From an uncultured bacterium (GTDB lineage Bacteria; Krumholzibacteriota; Krumholzibacteriia; Krumholzibacteriales; Krumholzibacteriaceae), in contig CAWBAN010000004.1 in NCBI GenBank assembly GCA_963786935.1, positions 1 to 64,000 on the forward strand: a DNA stretch of 64,000 nucleotides, read 5' to 3'. The notes beneath the pieces were generated by a model. It worked only from the letters and a program-made list of their open reading frames with translations. It ran no database searches and was not told the DNA's origin. Of this stretch, positions 61,024-64,000 are shown piece after piece. Numbering within the stretch: the stretch's first letter is position 1; every line of letters starts with the position of its first letter. The position numbers and the translations under genes are program-made.

Positions 61024-61878
61024 CTATTCGACCGAGGCGAACGTGTCCCCCTGATTGAGATCGCCCGTCCTGAATCCCTTGAGGAACCAGCCGCGGCGCT
61101 GCTCGGAGGTGCCGTGCGTGAACGAATCGGGAACGACGTAGCCCTGCGATTTCATTTGAATGCGATCGTCTCCGACGGCGGCCGCGGCGTTCAACGCCTC
61201 TTCGATGTCGCCTTCCTCGAGGATGTCCTTCGTTTGCTGCGCATAGTGGGCCCAGACCCCCGCGAGGAAATCGGCCTGCAGCTCGAGCTTCACGAGCTGC
61301 GCGCGGTACTCGTCGTCGCTCGCCCTTCCTCGCAGGCTCTGCACCCGATCCGAGATCCCCAGCAGCTTCTGAACGTGATGCCCCACCTCGTGGGCGATGA
61401 TGTAGGCCATCGCGAAATCGCCCTCCGCGCCCAGCTTCCGCTGCAGGTCCTGCAGAAAGGAAAGGTCGATGTACACCTTTTCGTCTTCCGGGCAATAGAA
61501 AGGACCCGTCGCGGACGCGGCGTAGCCGCAGGCCGACTCGGCGGAGCCGGTGAAAAGGACGATCGTCGGTTCCCGATAGGCCTGTCCCATCTCCCGGAAC
61601 AGAGCATGCCAGATGTCTTCCGTGTCCTTCAGCACCACGGAGGCGAACTCGGCCAGCTCCGCTTCGGCCGCGATGACCGCGGAATCGCCGCCGGAAGCGG
61701 CGTATTGGCCGCCCGTGGATTGAAGCGTGTCGATGACCTGGCCGGGATTGCCCCCCAGCAGCCAGACGAGCGCCGCGACGACGATGATGCCCACGCCGCC
61801 GCCGGCCGCCAGTTTCCTGCCGCCGAGCATCCGGCGGTCTTCGATATTGCCGCTCTGCGCCCGCCCCCTCCATTTCAT
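61024..61878 (-). CDS. Neutral zinc metallopeptidase, YpfJ family
   Basis: MKWRGR..S.NIEDRR, SACG.A..ATGPFYCP.D, AHEVGHHVQ, ELQAD, PDSFTHGTSEQR. Confidence 0.93.
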   Translation of the reverse strand: MKWRGRAQSGNIEDRRMLGGRKLAAGGGVGIIVVAALVWLLGGNPGQVIDTLQSTGGQYAASGGDSAVIAAEAELAEFASVVLKDTEDIWHALFREMGQAYREPTIVLFTGSAESACGYAASATGPFYCPEDEKVYIDLSFLQDLQRKLGAEGDFAMAYIIAHEVGHHVQKLLGISDRVQSLRGRASDDEYRAQLVKLELQADFLAGVWAHYAQQTKDILEEGDIEEALNAAAAVGDDRIQMKSQGYVVPDSFTHGTSEQRRGWFLKGFRTGDLNQGDTFASVE

Positions 61879-61984
61879 AGGTACCTCCCGCGTTCGGATT
61901 TCATGCGGATTTCTTCGATCACCGCCGCCGATTGTAGGTATCCGGGCCGGGGCGAGCCAAGCGGAAAATTCTCCCGAATCCGCT

Positions 61985-62044
61985 TTGACGCGCCCCGCCG
62001 CGGCGCTATACTTATAGTCAGCTAACAATATTAGGGGAGGCTAA
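61985..62044 (+). promoter_or_regulatory. Sigma70 promoter (TTGACG-N16-TATACT) with DtxR/MntR-type boxes
   Basis: TTAT-N6-CTAA (62012-62025) and TTAG-N6-CTAA (62031-62044, overlapping the RBS). Confidence 0.6.
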
Positions 62045-62046
62045 CA

Positions 62047-62481
62047 ATGGGGCGCCTGACTGAAGGATTGGAAGACTACCTCGAGGCCGTGCTGCTCGAG
62101 GAGCGGGAGCGCCGCGTCGTCCGCACGAAGGACCTCGCGCGCAGGCTCGGCGTGACGAGCCCGAGCGTGAACGCCGCGGTCCGCGAGCTCGGGAACCTCG
62201 GCCTCGTGAGGCACGAGTCGTACGGGCACATCGAGCTCACCCCCCGGGGGCGCAAGAGGGCGGCGCTCGTGTACTCCCGCCACCGGACGCTCTACCGTCT
62301 CTTCGTCGACGTTCTGAAGGTGCCCGCGAACGTTTCGGAGGCGAGCGCCTGCGGGATGGAGCATCACCTCGACGCGGGAGCGGTGAAGCGGCTCGCGCGC
62401 CTCCTCGAATTCCTCAGAAAGAAATCGAGCGCGAGCGGCGCCTTCGCCGCGGAGCTCAAGGAGGCGCTCGGTCGTGATTGA
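62047..62481 (+). CDS. DtxR/MntR family metal-dependent repressor
   Basis: LEDYLEAV, KDLARRLGVTSPSV, RHRTL, ACGMEH. Confidence 0.93.
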   Translation: MGRLTEGLEDYLEAVLLEERERRVVRTKDLARRLGVTSPSVNAAVRELGNLGLVRHESYGHIELTPRGRKRAALVYSRHRTLYRLFVDVLKVPANVSEASACGMEHHLDAGAVKRLARLLEFLRKKSSASGAFAAELKEALGRD

Positions 62482-62770
62482 GAAGCCGCTCGCGGATCTG
62501 AAGCCGGGCGAAACGGCCGAGATCGTCTCCCTGAACGGCGGAGATGATTTCAAGGCGCGGCTGCGCGCCATGGGGCTCGCCGAGGGGCGGACGGTGCGCA
62601 AGCTCTCCCGCATCCGCTGGGGCGGCCCGATCGTGCTTCTCGTCCATCGCGCGCAGGTCGCGGTCGGCCGCGGCATGGCGCGGAAGATAGTCGTCCGCGT
62701 CAAGGACAAGGGCAAAGACAAGAAAGACAAAGGCACGAAGAAGGGCGGGGGCGCCGAAGACAATGGCTGA
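62474..62770 (+). CDS. feoA: Ferrous iron transport protein A
   Basis: LADLKPGE.AEI, RLRAMGL.EG, GGPIV, VAVGRGMA. Confidence 0.92.
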   Translation: MIEKPLADLKPGETAEIVSLNGGDDFKARLRAMGLAEGRTVRKLSRIRWGGPIVLLVHRAQVAVGRGMARKIVVRVKDKGKDKKDKGTKKGGGAEDNG

Positions 62771-64000
62771 GAATCGCTGGAACGACGGCCGGCCGCGCGG
62801 CGGCGGCGCATCGCCGGGCGGCGGCGTTTCGCCGGTCCGGGAGGTCCGGGGCGGCGCCGACATCCTCCTCGTCGGCCAGCCCAACGTCGGCAAGAGCGTG
62901 CTCTTCTCGCGGCTCACCGGCGTGCGCACCATCGCATCCAACTATCCCGGCACGACGGTCGGCTTCGCCGCGGGGCGCATGCGTTTCGGCGGCGGGAGCT
63001 ACGGCGTCGTCGACGCCCCGGGCACCTATTCGCTCGAGCCGCTCGACGACGCGGCGCGGGTGACGATCGATCTCATCGACGCCGCGGGGCTCGTTATCAA
63101 CGTGGTGGACGCCACGCACCTCGAGCGGCACCTCTCCCTCACGCTCGAGCTTCTCGCGCAGGGGAAGCCGATGGTCGTCGCGCTCAACATGAGCGACGAG
63201 ACGCGGCATCTCGGGATCGAGATCGACGTCGAACGGCTGGAAGAGCTTCTCGGCGTGCCGGTCGTGCCCACCGTCGCGAGGACCGGCGAGGGGATCGTGC
63301 GGCTGATCGGGGCCGCGCTGTCCCGGGGGATCGCGGAGCGCGGCTCGGGGGGCGCCGATCCGGCGCGCGACGAGAGCGGCCACCCCGCGCATCACCCGCA
63401 TCTGGCCCATCACCACGCGGGAGAGCGCGCGGACGGGCACGAGCATATCGCGGACGACAAGATCTGGAGCCGCGTGGGCGAGATCGTCGACGAGGTGCAG
63501 ACGCTCCGCCATCATCACCACACCGTCGCGCAGCGCTTCGAGGACGCGAGCGTGCACCCGTACCTCGGGGGCGTCATCGCGCTTCTCGTGCTCGCCGCCT
63601 CGCTCGCCGTCGTCCGGCTGATCGGCGAGCTCCTCGCGACCGGCGGCGTCGGGATCGCGGGGGAACCGTGGCTCAGGCTCCCCTTCGGGATGGAGCCGCT
63701 CTTCGATGCGGCGTGGCGGCCCGCCGTGACGAGGATCTCCGCCTCGCTCGGGGGCGGCGGCTTCATCCACCATCTCCTCATCGGGAACCTCATCGACGGG
63801 CGCATCGATTTCAAGCAGTCGTTCGGGCTTCTCACCACGGGGCTGTTCGTCCCCCTCGGCATGGTGCTCCCGTACATTTTCAGCTTCTACTTCGTGCTCT
63901 CGCTCCTCGAGGACACCGGCTATCTCCCGCGGCTCGCCGTGTTCCTCGACACCGGCATGCACCGCATCGGGCTCCACGGCTACGCGATCGTGCCGACGCT
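62763..64000 (+). CDS. feoB: Ferrous iron transport protein B (runs off the window end)
   Basis: GQPNVGKS, SNYPGTTV, DAPGTYSL, VVDAT.LER, ALNM.D; TM region with LEDTGYLPRLA. Absent from the ORF track because there is no stop. Confidence 0.95.
   Translation, partial: MAENRWNDGRPRGGGASPGGGVSPVREVRGGADILLVGQPNVGKSVLFSRLTGVRTIASNYPGTTVGFAAGRMRFGGGSYGVVDAPGTYSLEPLDDAARVTIDLIDAAGLVINVVDATHLERHLSLTLELLAQGKPMVVALNMSDETRHLGIEIDVERLEELLGVPVVPTVARTGEGIVRLIGAALSRGIAERGSGGADPARDESGHPAHHPHLAHHHAGERADGHEHIADDKIWSRVGEIVDEVQTLRHHHHTVAQRFEDASVHPYLGGVIALLVLAASLAVVRLIGELLATGGVGIAGEPWLRLPFGMEPLFDAAWRPAVTRISASLGGGGFIHHLLIGNLIDGRIDFKQSFGLLTTGLFVPLGMVLPYIFSFYFVLSLLEDTGYLPRLAVFLDTGMHRIGLHGYAIVPT

Noticed and set aside
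7616..63977. Long antisense or alternate-frame ORFs (e.g. 7616-9211+, 9773-11065+, 28794-30641-, 43407-45902+, 58213-61008-, 62700-63977-)
   Set aside because: Shadow ORFs of high-GC coding strands; Arg/Pro/Ala-rich with no motifs, and they overlap well-supported genes.
1..64000. CRISPR array, tRNA or rRNA
   Set aside because: I saw no regularly spaced repeat-spacer array or cloverleaf in any intergenic gap; the repeats found are coding paralogy.

Overview
A high-GC bacterial window. The many C-terminal 'QNxPNPFNP...LLR' FlgD-Ig/T9SS-type sorting domains suggest an FCB-superphylum lineage such as Krumholzibacteria/Latescibacteria-like (inference). Positions ~1-7600 are a lower-GC anti-phage island with a GIY-YIG nuclease, Mrr, GmrSD (DUF262+DUF1524), a Tsp45I-like type II R-M pair and several unknown ORFs. 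The rest is host-like DNA rich in exported hydrolases and tandem paralogues: two serine hydrolases, an M28 peptidase with a MarR regulator, four propeller-FN3-CTD proteins and two S41 peptidases. It also has a Zn-phospholipase C/OmpA fusion, an exported TPR-CHAT protease, a double-kinase nSTAND-WD40 protein, a kinase-TPR protein, rubrerythrin and a DtxR-feoAB operon. The best candidate for an undescribed system is 34692-42649: RsbW/STAS, an ECF sigma/anti-sigma pair, a membrane-anchored 3x151-aa repeat protein, a metallopeptidase/beta-propeller/beta-barrel outer-membrane protein and PrsW, linked by a repeated CAAC-N16-TGTAGT promoter motif. Many genes carry 1-nt frameshifts that are probably long-read consensus errors rather than true pseudogenisation. 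All family assignments are from motif recognition by eye; no searches were run.
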